A stretch of DNA of 64,000 bases, taken from contig JACPSR010000142.1 in NCBI GenBank assembly GCA_016193175.1, positions 54,332-118,331 of the forward strand, in the 5' to 3' direction. Origin of the DNA: Candidatus Omnitrophota bacterium. Lineage in GTDB: Bacteria; Omnitrophota; Gorgyraeia; Aquiviventales; Aquiviventaceae. Each line of letters opens with the position of its first letter. The stretch's first letter is position 1. Below are positions 1 to 8,122 of the stretch, one piece after another. The position numbers and the translations under genes are program-made. Below the pieces are notes generated by a model, which saw nothing but the letters and a program-made list of their open reading frames with translations, was not told the DNA's origin and made no database searches.

Positions 1-4
1 GCGG

Positions 5-988
5 ATGGCGCCGCAGCGCATCCTCGAGCTGTATGAGCGGATGTGGCGCATCCGGGTGGTGGAGGAGCGCATCAAAGATGAGTACGCCAGCCGTCGCATC
101 CGCGGGCCGGTCCATCTGAGCATCGGTCAGGAAGCGATTGCGGTGGGGGTGCTGTCTCCTTGCCGCCAAGCCGATGTCTGCTTGAGCACGCACCGCAACC
201 ACGCGCACTATCTGGCGAAAGGGGGAGGTCTGACGGGCATGGTGCATGAGCTGTACGGGTTGCCGAGCGGCTCGTGCAAAGGCTATGGCGGATCGATGCA
301 CCTGTTTGATCGGCAGGCCAACGTTCTGCTGTCGAGCGCCGTCGTGGCGGGGTCGGTGCCGATCGCAGCCGGGATCGCCTTTGCGCTGAAGCGGGATGGC
401 ACCGATGGTGTGTGCATCAGCTTCGTGGGGGATGGCGGGACGGATGAAGGGGTGTTCTACGAAACGCTCAATCTCGCGGCACTGCTCAAACTGCCCGTGT
501 TCTTCGTCGTGGAGAATAACGGCGTGTCCACGCTCACGCCCTTGGCGAAGCGGCAGGCGGTGCCTGACGTCGTATCCAAAGCCGAACGGTTCGGGGTGCA
601 GGGCATGAGGGTGGATGGGAACGACGCCGTCGAGGTCGCTGCGGCGTCGCAGCAGATCCTGGAGTGCATCCGGCGCAGCGGGGAGCCGTTGTTGCTGGAA
701 GCGGTCACCTATCGATTGTGCGCGCACGTCGGCCCGGCGGTCTACACCAGCGGCATCGGGGCGGATGAAGAGCTGTTGACGCACCTGGAGCAGGAGCCAT
801 TGAAAGCCTTCAAAGCCAGGATCCGGAGCGACTACCCTGAGCTCATCGAGGCCTGCGCGAAGCGAGAGCAAGCCGTGTCAGAGGAAGTCCATCAGGTGTT
901 CGAAGAGGCCAAGCGCCGGTTTGACGAGGAAGCGGTGCGGGTCGGATTGCCCCCGCCGCCTCCCCCGCCGGATCCTCGCCGGGTGTAA
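5..988 (+). CDS. ThDP-dependent 2-oxoacid dehydrogenase E1 component, alpha subunit (pyruvate/acetoin dehydrogenase E1-alpha family)
   Basis: 327-aa ORF. N-terminus LELYERMWRIRVVEERI and ThDP block GDGGTDEGVFYETLNLAALLKLPVFFVVENNG are typical of E1-alpha. A matching E1-beta gene follows. C-terminal poly-Pro tail. Confidence 0.8.
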   Translation: MAPQRILELYERMWRIRVVEERIKDEYASRRIRGPVHLSIGQEAIAVGVLSPCRQADVCLSTHRNHAHYLAKGGGLTGMVHELYGLPSGSCKGYGGSMHLFDRQANVLLSSAVVAGSVPIAAGIAFALKRDGTDGVCISFVGDGGTDEGVFYETLNLAALLKLPVFFVVENNGVSTLTPLAKRQAVPDVVSKAERFGVQGMRVDGNDAVEVAAASQQILECIRRSGEPLLLEAVTYRLCAHVGPAVYTSGIGADEELLTHLEQEPLKAFKARIRSDYPELIEACAKREQAVSEEVHQVFEEAKRRFDEEAVRVGLPPPPPPPDPRRV

Positions 989-1008
989 CGCATGGGAGGC
1001 GATGCCGT

Positions 1009-1154
1009 GATCCCACGCCCTGCGACGGGCTGCCGCAGGCAGCCCCTGCAACGCGAGCAAGACGGACGGACATGGTGAGGCAAGCGTTCTTCAGTCTAGG
1101 TGGTGTTGCAGCGCCCCGCCCAAGGGCGGGGCAGCCGCAGGGCGTGGGATGATC
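1009..1154 (+). repeat. Palindromic junction element, copy 1 (146 bp)
   Basis: Left arm GATCCCACGCCCTG 1009-1022 and right arm CAGGGCGTGGGATGATC 1138-1154 (13-bp inverted repeat). Hairpins GGGCTGCC-GCA-GGCAGCCC 1027-1045 and CCCCGCCC-AA-GGGCGGGG 1114-1131. Inner stem CTGCAAC/GTTGCAG 1046-1052/1105-1111. The ATG of the next CDS (1149) lies in the right arm. Confidence 0.85.
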
Positions 1155-2162
1155 GCTGCGCAGCAACGCGACACCGTCGTGCTGACCTTTGGCGAGGCCC
1201 TGGCCCGCGCGACGACGCAGGCGATGGAACAGGACGAACGCGTCGTGATGTATGGCGAGGGGATCAACGATCCCGGCGGGTTCTTCGGGTCGACCGTCGG
1301 GGTGAGGGACCGCTTCTCCGAAGCGAGGTGTTTCGACGTGCCGAATTCAGAGGAAGCGTTGATGGGGTTCGGGATCGGAGCCGGCCTCATGGGGTATCGG
1401 CCGATCTTCGTCAACCTTCGCGTCGAGTTTCTGATGTTGGCTATGAATCAGCTCGTCAATCACGCGGCGCGATTACCAACGATGTCCGGCTATCAATGCA
1501 CGATCCCGATGACCGTCAGGGCCATTATCGGCAAGTCGTGGGGACAAGCCGCGCAGCATTCCAGCGCCCTGCACTCGCTGTTTGCGAACATCCCCGGTCT
1601 GCAGGTCGTCGTGCCATCGAATGTCCAGGATGCCCCAGGGTTGCTCCTGGCCTCCATCCAGTCCGATAGACCGACGGTGTTCATTGAGCTCAAATCGCTG
1701 TACGACCTGAAAGCTCCGGTGATGGTGCCGGTGGAGCCGCTTCCATTGGGGCAGGCTCAGGTCGTCCGCCCCGGCGCCGATCTGACCTGTGTGGCCATCT
1801 CCGAGATGGTGGGGTTCGCCGAGCGCGTCGCCCAGCGCCTGGCTCCTCTGGGCATCGAAGCGGAGGTGCTTGATCTGAGGACCCTGGCTCCCTTGGATGC
1901 CGAGGCGATTCTCGCGTCGGTGAAGAGGACGCGACGGGTGGCGGTCTTCGACATCGGGTGGGAGCCGTTCGGCCTGGCAGCCGAAGTCGCCCGGGTGGTC
2001 AGCACCAGCGATCAGTTTCGTCTCGCCGGCCCGCTCCTGAGCGTTGCCCGAGCGCACGAGCACACCCCGGCGAGTTGTTTTTTGGAATACCGCCACTATC
2101 CCGGGGAAGACGAGACGGTGGCGAGGATCCGCGCGCTCTTTTCACGGAGTGATGCCTCATGA
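1149..2162 (+). CDS. ThDP-dependent 2-oxoacid dehydrogenase E1 component, beta subunit (transketolase-like pyrimidine-binding and C-terminal domains)
   Basis: 337-aa ORF. LTFGEALARATTQAMEQDERVVMYGEGI and FDVPNSEEALMGFGIGAGLMGYRPI are typical E1-beta blocks. Pairs with the upstream alpha subunit. Confidence 0.85.
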   Translation: MIAAQQRDTVVLTFGEALARATTQAMEQDERVVMYGEGINDPGGFFGSTVGVRDRFSEARCFDVPNSEEALMGFGIGAGLMGYRPIFVNLRVEFLMLAMNQLVNHAARLPTMSGYQCTIPMTVRAIIGKSWGQAAQHSSALHSLFANIPGLQVVVPSNVQDAPGLLLASIQSDRPTVFIELKSLYDLKAPVMVPVEPLPLGQAQVVRPGADLTCVAISEMVGFAERVAQRLAPLGIEAEVLDLRTLAPLDAEAILASVKRTRRVAVFDIGWEPFGLAAEVARVVSTSDQFRLAGPLLSVARAHEHTPASCFLEYRHYPGEDETVARIRALFSRSDAS

Positions 2163-3139
2163 CGCCGGCCCTGATCTCCATCATCATCCCGGCGCGCAAC
2201 GAAGAAGGCAACATCCCTCGCCTGGAGCAGGAAGTGCTGGCCGTCGTGGAGGCCTTGCCGGATGAGTTTGAGTTCATCGTCGTGGATAACGACAGCACGG
2301 ACCGCACGGGGGAGCTAGTCAAAGCCATCTGCGCCCGCGATCCGCGCTGGAAATATCTGCGGTTGAGCCGCAACTTCACGGTGGAGATGTCGATGACCGC
2401 CGGCTTGCGCGCGGCGCGCGGTGAGGCCATGATCGTCCTGTATTCCGACCTCCAGGACCCTCCGGCGGTGATCCCTCGATTCATTGCGAAGTGGCGCGAG
2501 GGGTATGACGTGGTGTACGGGGTGCGGACGGCCAGGCCGGGAGAACCGGTCTGGAGAAACCTGGCGGTCCATTGGGTGTATCGCGTGATCGCCTGGTCAT
2601 CCGACGTGCCGATCCCGCCGGATGCGGGCGATTTTCGTCTGATCAGCCGGCAGGTCCGCGACGCCCTTGAGCGGTGCGGGGAGTACAACCGCTACCTGCG
2701 GGGGCTGATTGCCTGGCTGGGGTTTCGGCAGGTCGGCATCCCGTATGAGCGGCGGGCGAGAACCGCGGGGAGGAGCCAAGCCCCGTTTTGGCATCTCGTG
2801 TTCTTCGCCTTCAACGCCATCACGAGCTTTTCCCTCAAGCCGCTGCGGCTCTTTACGTTTCTCGGGTTGGCCCTGTTATTGCTGTCCGCCTTGGCGCTGC
2901 CGGTCTACGTCATCCTGGCCATTGTGGGATCGCCCCCGCCCGGGATCACGACCATCATCACCCTCCTCTTTGTGGCGATCGGGTTGAACAGCCTGGGGAT
3001 CGGCATCTTGGGAGAGTACCTCGGCCGGACCTACGCTGAGGTGAAGCGCCGGCCGCTCTATGTCATTCAAGAAACCGTCAACCTTCCAGCGGATGCGACA
3101 GGTCCTGTAGCGCTTCACCCGGTGTTGGAAGAGCGATGA
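2159..3139 (+). CDS. Family 2 glycosyltransferase, polyprenyl-phosphate sugar synthase type (DPM1/GtrB/CsbB/ArnC-like)
   Basis: SIIIPARNEEGNI, VVDNDSTDRT and DLQDPP motifs, plus two C-terminal TM helices. ATGA overlap with both neighbours. Confidence 0.8.
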   Translation: MTPALISIIIPARNEEGNIPRLEQEVLAVVEALPDEFEFIVVDNDSTDRTGELVKAICARDPRWKYLRLSRNFTVEMSMTAGLRAARGEAMIVLYSDLQDPPAVIPRFIAKWREGYDVVYGVRTARPGEPVWRNLAVHWVYRVIAWSSDVPIPPDAGDFRLISRQVRDALERCGEYNRYLRGLIAWLGFRQVGIPYERRARTAGRSQAPFWHLVFFAFNAITSFSLKPLRLFTFLGLALLLLSALALPVYVILAIVGSPPPGITTIITLLFVAIGLNSLGIGILGEYLGRTYAEVKRRPLYVIQETVNLPADATGPVALHPVLEER

Positions 3140-5520
3140 CCGCGAAGAAGCCGGTGAAAACGTTGAACATCGAGTTTCTCGTGCCGCTGATGGTCTTGCT
3201 GGTCTTCAATGTCTCCTACTGTCTTAGCACCTTCATTCCGATTCACGACACCATGTTCAACGCCCAGGCCTTCCACGTGTTCTATCGCGAGTGGTTCTTT
3301 CATGGCGACCTGGCGCACTGGATTCCGTACGGGACATACGGCTGGACAAGCACGATGGAGCAACTGGCGTTCCTCTCGCCCATGAGCTACGTGGTGGCGT
3401 TGGCGGGCCGGCTGTTGCGCGTGACAGATGCTCTCCTCCTGTTCAAGGGTTCCGTGATCCTTGAGCAGCTCGTCCTGCTCCTCGGGATGTATCTGTTGTC
3501 TCGTCAGCTCTTCTCGAGGAGGAGCACGGTCCTCCTGGTCTGTCTCGGGGCGGTTGGCAGCACGGTCTGGTACGCTCAATACCATTTCAATTTTCGGATC
3601 TTCTATATGTTCCCGTTAGTTGTCCACCTCCTCATCCGCTTCTTTGAGACCCACCAGTCCGCGTGGTTGTGGGTCGCGGGCATCACGACAGTGGCCTGGG
3701 CGCTCGGCAACGTGCCGTACTTTGTGGCGCCATGGCTGTTGACGCTGTCGATCATCGTGCTGGTCCTCTTCTCGGCTGACCGCAAGAGCTGGCGCGCTCT
3801 GCGTGCGCGGTCGCGGGGCAACGTCCTCACGTTGACGCTCTTCACGGTCGCGGTGGCGGTCTATCTGTATCAGGTCGCCAAGGCAGCCGACTTCACGTTT
3901 CTGTCAGCCGGGAGGGATGCGACGACCGGAGCCGTGGGCATCCAGCCCTTCCTGTACCATGGTGGCCGCGCGGATCCTGGCGCGGTCCTGAAAAGCTTGG
4001 TGTTCGGATGGCCTTCGCATTTGCCGTGGGGCTCCACGCGAGATAACAGCATCTACGTCGGGCTGCTGTGCGTGGCCTGTTTTCTCTGGGCCGTCCTGCG
4101 AGTTCGTACGACGCGGTTTCTGGCATTGGCGGGCGCGCTCGCTGCCCTGGTCTGGCTCTCGTTTGGCGGGTTCTTCGCCACGGTCGCCTATTACGTGGTT
4201 CCGACGATGGATCGTTACCGACACGTTGGGCTGGTGTATGGGCTGGCAAAAATATTGTTCCTCCTGTGCGCGGGCTTCGGATGGGAGCACTTTTGGTCCG
4301 CTCGCAGTCGGGTCCGCACCGTCCTGGCGATGCTCATCGTCATGGGTGTGCTGGTGGACGCGTTGCGCGTCGTCTTTCCGTTTGATTTCTATCCATTGAC
4401 GCAACATGGGTGGGCGCGTCTTCGCGAGTTGCTGCAAGCCGGGGGACAGCTCGCGAACGAGGAGGTGTGGCCAACGATCTTTCTCTGGCGGGTGGGTCTC
4501 TACGTTCTCCTGATCGGACTGGGGAGCCTCATCATGCGTGTGGTGATCACGCTGCTGGGGAGGGCCCGTACGCGCCTGGTCGTCCCAACCCATGTGCATG
4601 GGGTCGCCCTGCGGACCGCGTTGGTCCTCGGCTTGGTGTTGGATCTGGTCTCCTACCAGGCGGTGGTCTATGCCGAGGCGCCCAAACTGTCTCCATCCTA
4701 CGTGGCGTATCTTGATGCGATGACGGTGGCCAACTGGCAATTCCAGGATCAGCGAACGACCAAGCCCGCTGGGGTCCGGGAGCAACAGGCGATGGATCTG
4801 ATTACCCGCCCGGGCGCCATGGCCTCCTATGCCTTGGCATACAGTTTCGCGCAGTTCGATCCGTGCGCAACGGCGTTCAGGGGGGACTGGTGGTCGGCAG
4901 GGGTTGTCACGCTGCTGCGAGCCACCAGCGAGGGCGAGTGGTGGGATGCCAAGGGCGAGGTGGTAGCACGCCTCGTGGGTTGCAACTCGCCAAAACTGCG
5001 CCTGGTGCCCCATGCGGTGTCCGCCGAGACCATTGAAGAAGCCATCGCGCTGATCCGCAGGACAACGGATCTCGAGCACGTAGTAGTGCTGCGAGGGGTG
5101 ACGCTGCCAGCCCAACCAGATCATGTTCGTGATGTTGGCACGGAGGCGGCTGGAACCGTGCGGGTGACGCGCTTTACGGCCAATGACTTGATTGTGGAAG
5201 CCGATGTGGCCTCGAACGTCGGCGCATGGCTCGTGTATGCGGATGCGTTTCATCCGGGTTGGATGGTTACTGTGAACGGACGACGCGTGCCCATCGCAGA
5301 GGCGTACCTCGCATTCAAAGCCGTCTGGTTGAATGATGGCCACTCGATCGTGCACTTCACGTTTCGTCACGGGGTGAGCTGGTTCCTCAGTTACATGATC
5401 GCGTTCTTTGGAACGTGCGCAGGCCTCGTCTTGCTGGCTGCCTGTTGGTGGGCCGCATGGTCCTCGCCACGACTGGTTCAGAACAGGATGACGCATGCGA
5501 GTGCTGGTCACAGGGCATAA
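3136..5520 (+). CDS. YfhO-like polytopic membrane protein (GT-C type glycosyltransferase candidate)
   Basis: 794 aa with many hydrophobic helices. The C-terminal soluble domain ends in YADAFHPGWMVTVNGRRVPIAEAYLAFKAVWLNDGHSIVHFTF, the pattern I associate with the YfhO family. Follows a polyprenyl-P-sugar GT2. Confidence 0.65.
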   Translation: MTAKKPVKTLNIEFLVPLMVLLVFNVSYCLSTFIPIHDTMFNAQAFHVFYREWFFHGDLAHWIPYGTYGWTSTMEQLAFLSPMSYVVALAGRLLRVTDALLLFKGSVILEQLVLLLGMYLLSRQLFSRRSTVLLVCLGAVGSTVWYAQYHFNFRIFYMFPLVVHLLIRFFETHQSAWLWVAGITTVAWALGNVPYFVAPWLLTLSIIVLVLFSADRKSWRALRARSRGNVLTLTLFTVAVAVYLYQVAKAADFTFLSAGRDATTGAVGIQPFLYHGGRADPGAVLKSLVFGWPSHLPWGSTRDNSIYVGLLCVACFLWAVLRVRTTRFLALAGALAALVWLSFGGFFATVAYYVVPTMDRYRHVGLVYGLAKILFLLCAGFGWEHFWSARSRVRTVLAMLIVMGVLVDALRVVFPFDFYPLTQHGWARLRELLQAGGQLANEEVWPTIFLWRVGLYVLLIGLGSLIMRVVITLLGRARTRLVVPTHVHGVALRTALVLGLVLDLVSYQAVVYAEAPKLSPSYVAYLDAMTVANWQFQDQRTTKPAGVREQQAMDLITRPGAMASYALAYSFAQFDPCATAFRGDWWSAGVVTLLRATSEGEWWDAKGEVVARLVGCNSPKLRLVPHAVSAETIEEAIALIRRTTDLEHVVVLRGVTLPAQPDHVRDVGTEAAGTVRVTRFTANDLIVEADVASNVGAWLVYADAFHPGWMVTVNGRRVPIAEAYLAFKAVWLNDGHSIVHFTFRHGVSWFLSYMIAFFGTCAGLVLLAACWWAAWSSPRLVQNRMTHASAGHRA

Positions 5521-6559
5521 CGGATATCTCGGGTCGGTCATGACCCCGCTACTGGTCGAATCCGGTCATGACGTTGTGGGTTTGGACACTGACTACTATG
5601 CGGGGTGCACCCTCGTGCCTGAGGCGGTACGGGTGCCGTCGCTCCGCAAAGACCTACGCGACCTTGAACCCCGTGACCTGGAAGGCTTCGATGCGGTGGT
5701 TCATTTGGCGGCACTGAGCAACGACCCGATCGGCAATCTGAATTCCCGCTGGACCGAGGAGATCAACTTCCAGGCCTCGGTGCGGCTGGCGGAGTACGCC
5801 AAGGCGGCGGGCGTGCGGCGGTTCCTGTTTTCTTCTTCCTGCATCATGTACGGAATGTCAGAGGCGGCGGTGGTCACGGAGGAGTCGCCGTTGGATCCCC
5901 AAACGGACTACGCCCGATCGAAGGTCAAGAGCGAACGGGCCATCGCGGCCCTGGCCGGCGACGGCTTCGCCCCGACGTTCCTGCGTAACGGCACGATCTA
6001 TGGCCTGTCCCCTCACATGCGGTTTGACACCGTCTTGAACAATCTCATGGGCTCGGCGGTTGCGACAGGGAAGGTCGTGCTGTACAGCGACGGCCAGCCG
6101 TGGCGGCCGGTCATCCATATTGAAGATGTGGCCCGCGCGTTCCTCCGGGTTCTGCAAGCCCCCATCGCGGTCGTACGGAGCCAGGCCTTCAATATAGGGG
6201 ATGCTGGTATGAATATCCAAATCGGCGAGCTGGCGCGGATCGTGGCGACGATTGTCCCTCGCTGCACCATCGAGCAGCTATCGCGTCCGGACGCCGACCA
6301 GCGGACCTACAAAACCGACTTCAGTAAGTTCGCCAAGACCTTTCCGGACTTTCGGTTTCATTGGACGGTAGAAGAAGGAGCGCGGGATCTGCACCGCGCG
6401 TTGACGGCGATTGGGTTGCGCCATGAGGCGTTTCTCGACCGTCGGTTTACCAGGCTGAAGTGGCTGCGCCATCTGCTCGACAGCGGCCGGCTTGACGCCA
6501 ATCTGCGGTGGCAGGAAAAGACAGCGGAGAGCGTAGAGCGGAGAGCGTGCAGCAGATGA
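5495..6559 (+). CDS. NAD-dependent sugar epimerase/dehydratase (extended SDR)
   Basis: MRVLVTGHNGYLGS Rossmann motif and catalytic YARSK. Confidence 0.8.
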   Translation: MRVLVTGHNGYLGSVMTPLLVESGHDVVGLDTDYYAGCTLVPEAVRVPSLRKDLRDLEPRDLEGFDAVVHLAALSNDPIGNLNSRWTEEINFQASVRLAEYAKAAGVRRFLFSSSCIMYGMSEAAVVTEESPLDPQTDYARSKVKSERAIAALAGDGFAPTFLRNGTIYGLSPHMRFDTVLNNLMGSAVATGKVVLYSDGQPWRPVIHIEDVARAFLRVLQAPIAVVRSQAFNIGDAGMNIQIGELARIVATIVPRCTIEQLSRPDADQRTYKTDFSKFAKTFPDFRFHWTVEEGARDLHRALTAIGLRHEAFLDRRFTRLKWLRHLLDSGRLDANLRWQEKTAESVERRACSR

Positions 6560-7065
6560 CGACGAAACACTTTAAGGATCTGCTCAACGCTGAACGCTCA
6601 ACGCTGAACGCTCGAATGATCGACGGCGTCAAGATCATCCCGCTCAAGCAGATCGTCGATGAGCGGGGAAAAGTCATGCACATGCTCAAAGCCACCGACC
6701 CGCACTTTCTCCGGTTTGGGGAGATTTATTTTTCCTGCGCCTGGCCTGGAGCCATCAAAGCCTGGCATGTGCACAAATCAATGACGTTGCATAACGCGGT
6801 GATCTCCGGGCGGGCCAAGCTCGTCCTGTACGACGGTCGCGACAGTTCACCGACGAAGGGTCAGCTCCAAGAGCTCTTCCTAGGTGAAGACAACTACTGC
6901 CTCGTGCAGATCCCACCGGGCATCACCAACGGCTACAAGGCCTATGGCGACAAGCTGGTGATCCTGGCCAACTGCGCGACGGAGCCGTATGACCCGGAGG
7001 AGATCATCCGCCTGGATCCGTTCACGCCGGACATCCCGTACCGGTGGGAGGTGAAGCATGGTTGA
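6556..7065 (+). CDS. RmlC-like cupin sugar-nucleotide 3,5-epimerase family protein
   Basis: IIPLKQIVDERGKV and FGEIYFSCAWPGAIKAWHVHK resemble the dTDP-4-dehydrorhamnose 3,5-epimerase fold. The 6556 start is an ATGA overlap. An alternative start at 6616 (MIDGVKIIPL) would leave a 56-bp spacer containing the 14-bp tandem repeat. Confidence 0.7.
   Translation: MTTKHFKDLLNAERSTLNARMIDGVKIIPLKQIVDERGKVMHMLKATDPHFLRFGEIYFSCAWPGAIKAWHVHKSMTLHNAVISGRAKLVLYDGRDSSPTKGQLQELFLGEDNYCLVQIPPGITNGYKAYGDKLVILANCATEPYDPEEIIRLDPFTPDIPYRWEVKHG
6583..6610 (+). repeat. 14-bp perfect tandem duplication (CTCAACGCTGAACG x2)
   Basis: Read directly: 6583-6596 is identical to 6597-6610, followed by a partial CTC. Confidence 0.9.
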
Positions 7066-8122
7066 CGCTCGCGTCCTGCACGCTGAGGGGGCGACGATCT
7101 CCGTGCCGCGGCGGCCGGCCGGCTCTGAGCCGGGGCTGGTCGTGACACGGACCCCGCTGCGGGTGAGCTTCGCGGGGGGTGGAACGGATCTGCCGGCCTT
7201 CTATGAACGCGAGCCGGGGGCCGTGCTGAGCACGACCATTGATCAGTACCTCTATGTGACGGTCAAGCGGCACGGCACACTCTTTCATGAGGGTTTCCGC
7301 CTGAACTACTCCGAAAGCGAACAGGTCGATCGGCTCGAGGACATGAAGAACAACATCGCCCGCGAATGTCTCCGGTTCCTCCAGGTCGAGTCGCCCGTCT
7401 ACATCAGTACGATCGCCGATCTGCCGGAGTTCTCCGGCCTTGGATCCTCCAGCAGTTTTGCCGTGGGACTCCTGAACGCCCTGCATGTCTTCAGGGGCGA
7501 GCGCGTCTCAGCCGGGCAGTTAGCGGAGGAGGCCGCGCATGTGGAGATCGATGTCTTGCGGCGACCCATCGGCAAGCAGGATCACTATGCGGCGGCATTT
7601 GGCGGGCTGAATTTCTTCTGCTTCATGCCGGATGGACGGGTGAGCGTCGAGCATCAACCGCTTCCACGTAGCGTCGTGCAACGGTTCTTCGAGCACCTGC
7701 TGTTGTTCTGGACGAGGATCCGTCGCGATGCCGGCACCGTCTTGATGGAACAGCAGCGCCGCATCGATGAGACGTTTGGGACGTTGCAGGCGATGCGGGA
7801 GGATGCCCGGACCCTCCACGCGCTCATGCGCAACGGCTTTGATCCGCTCGCGTTTGGAGCGGTCTTGGACCGCACCTGGTCGCTGAAGCGGCAATTGGCG
7901 AGCGGCATCACCAATGACTGCATTGATGCGTGGTACCAGCGGGCGCGGGAGGCGGGAGCTGTGGGGGGCAAGATCTGCGGAGCAGGCGGTGGCGGGTTTT
8001 TGCTCCTCGTGTTGCCGCCGGATCGCCGAGACACTGTCCGCCGAGCGCTTCCAGACCTGGACGAAGTGACGATCGGCTACGAGGCGCAGGGCTCGCGCGT
8101 CTTGCTGCCGTTTGTGGAGTGA
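7058..8122 (+). CDS. hddA: GHMP-family sugar kinase, D-glycero-D-manno-heptose 7-phosphate kinase-like
   Basis: RTPLRVSFAGGGTDLPAFY N-terminus and GHMP ATP motif PEFSGLGSSSSFAV. gmhA and gmhB are in the same cluster. Confidence 0.7.
   Translation: MVDARVLHAEGATISVPRRPAGSEPGLVVTRTPLRVSFAGGGTDLPAFYEREPGAVLSTTIDQYLYVTVKRHGTLFHEGFRLNYSESEQVDRLEDMKNNIARECLRFLQVESPVYISTIADLPEFSGLGSSSSFAVGLLNALHVFRGERVSAGQLAEEAAHVEIDVLRRPIGKQDHYAAAFGGLNFFCFMPDGRVSVEHQPLPRSVVQRFFEHLLLFWTRIRRDAGTVLMEQQRRIDETFGTLQAMREDARTLHALMRNGFDPLAFGAVLDRTWSLKRQLASGITNDCIDAWYQRAREAGAVGGKICGAGGGGFLLLVLPPDRRDTVRRALPDLDEVTIGYEAQGSRVLLPFVE

Noticed and set aside
940-985. CCG/CCC-rich stretch encoding GLPPPPPPPDPRRV as a simple-sequence repeat or contingency locus
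   Set aside because: It is short and imperfect at the DNA level, and it lies in frame at the C-terminus of E1-alpha. It is most simply a proline-rich tail.
3904-5541. Very long minus-strand ORFs (for example 3904-5541, 10102-11676, 13361-14779, 50930-52105, 55881-56984, 54010-55044)
   Set aside because: Each lies fully antisense to a + strand ORF with clear family motifs. Their translations are Arg/Pro/Gly/His-rich low-complexity sequence, typical of shadow frames in GC-rich DNA. No domain motifs were seen.
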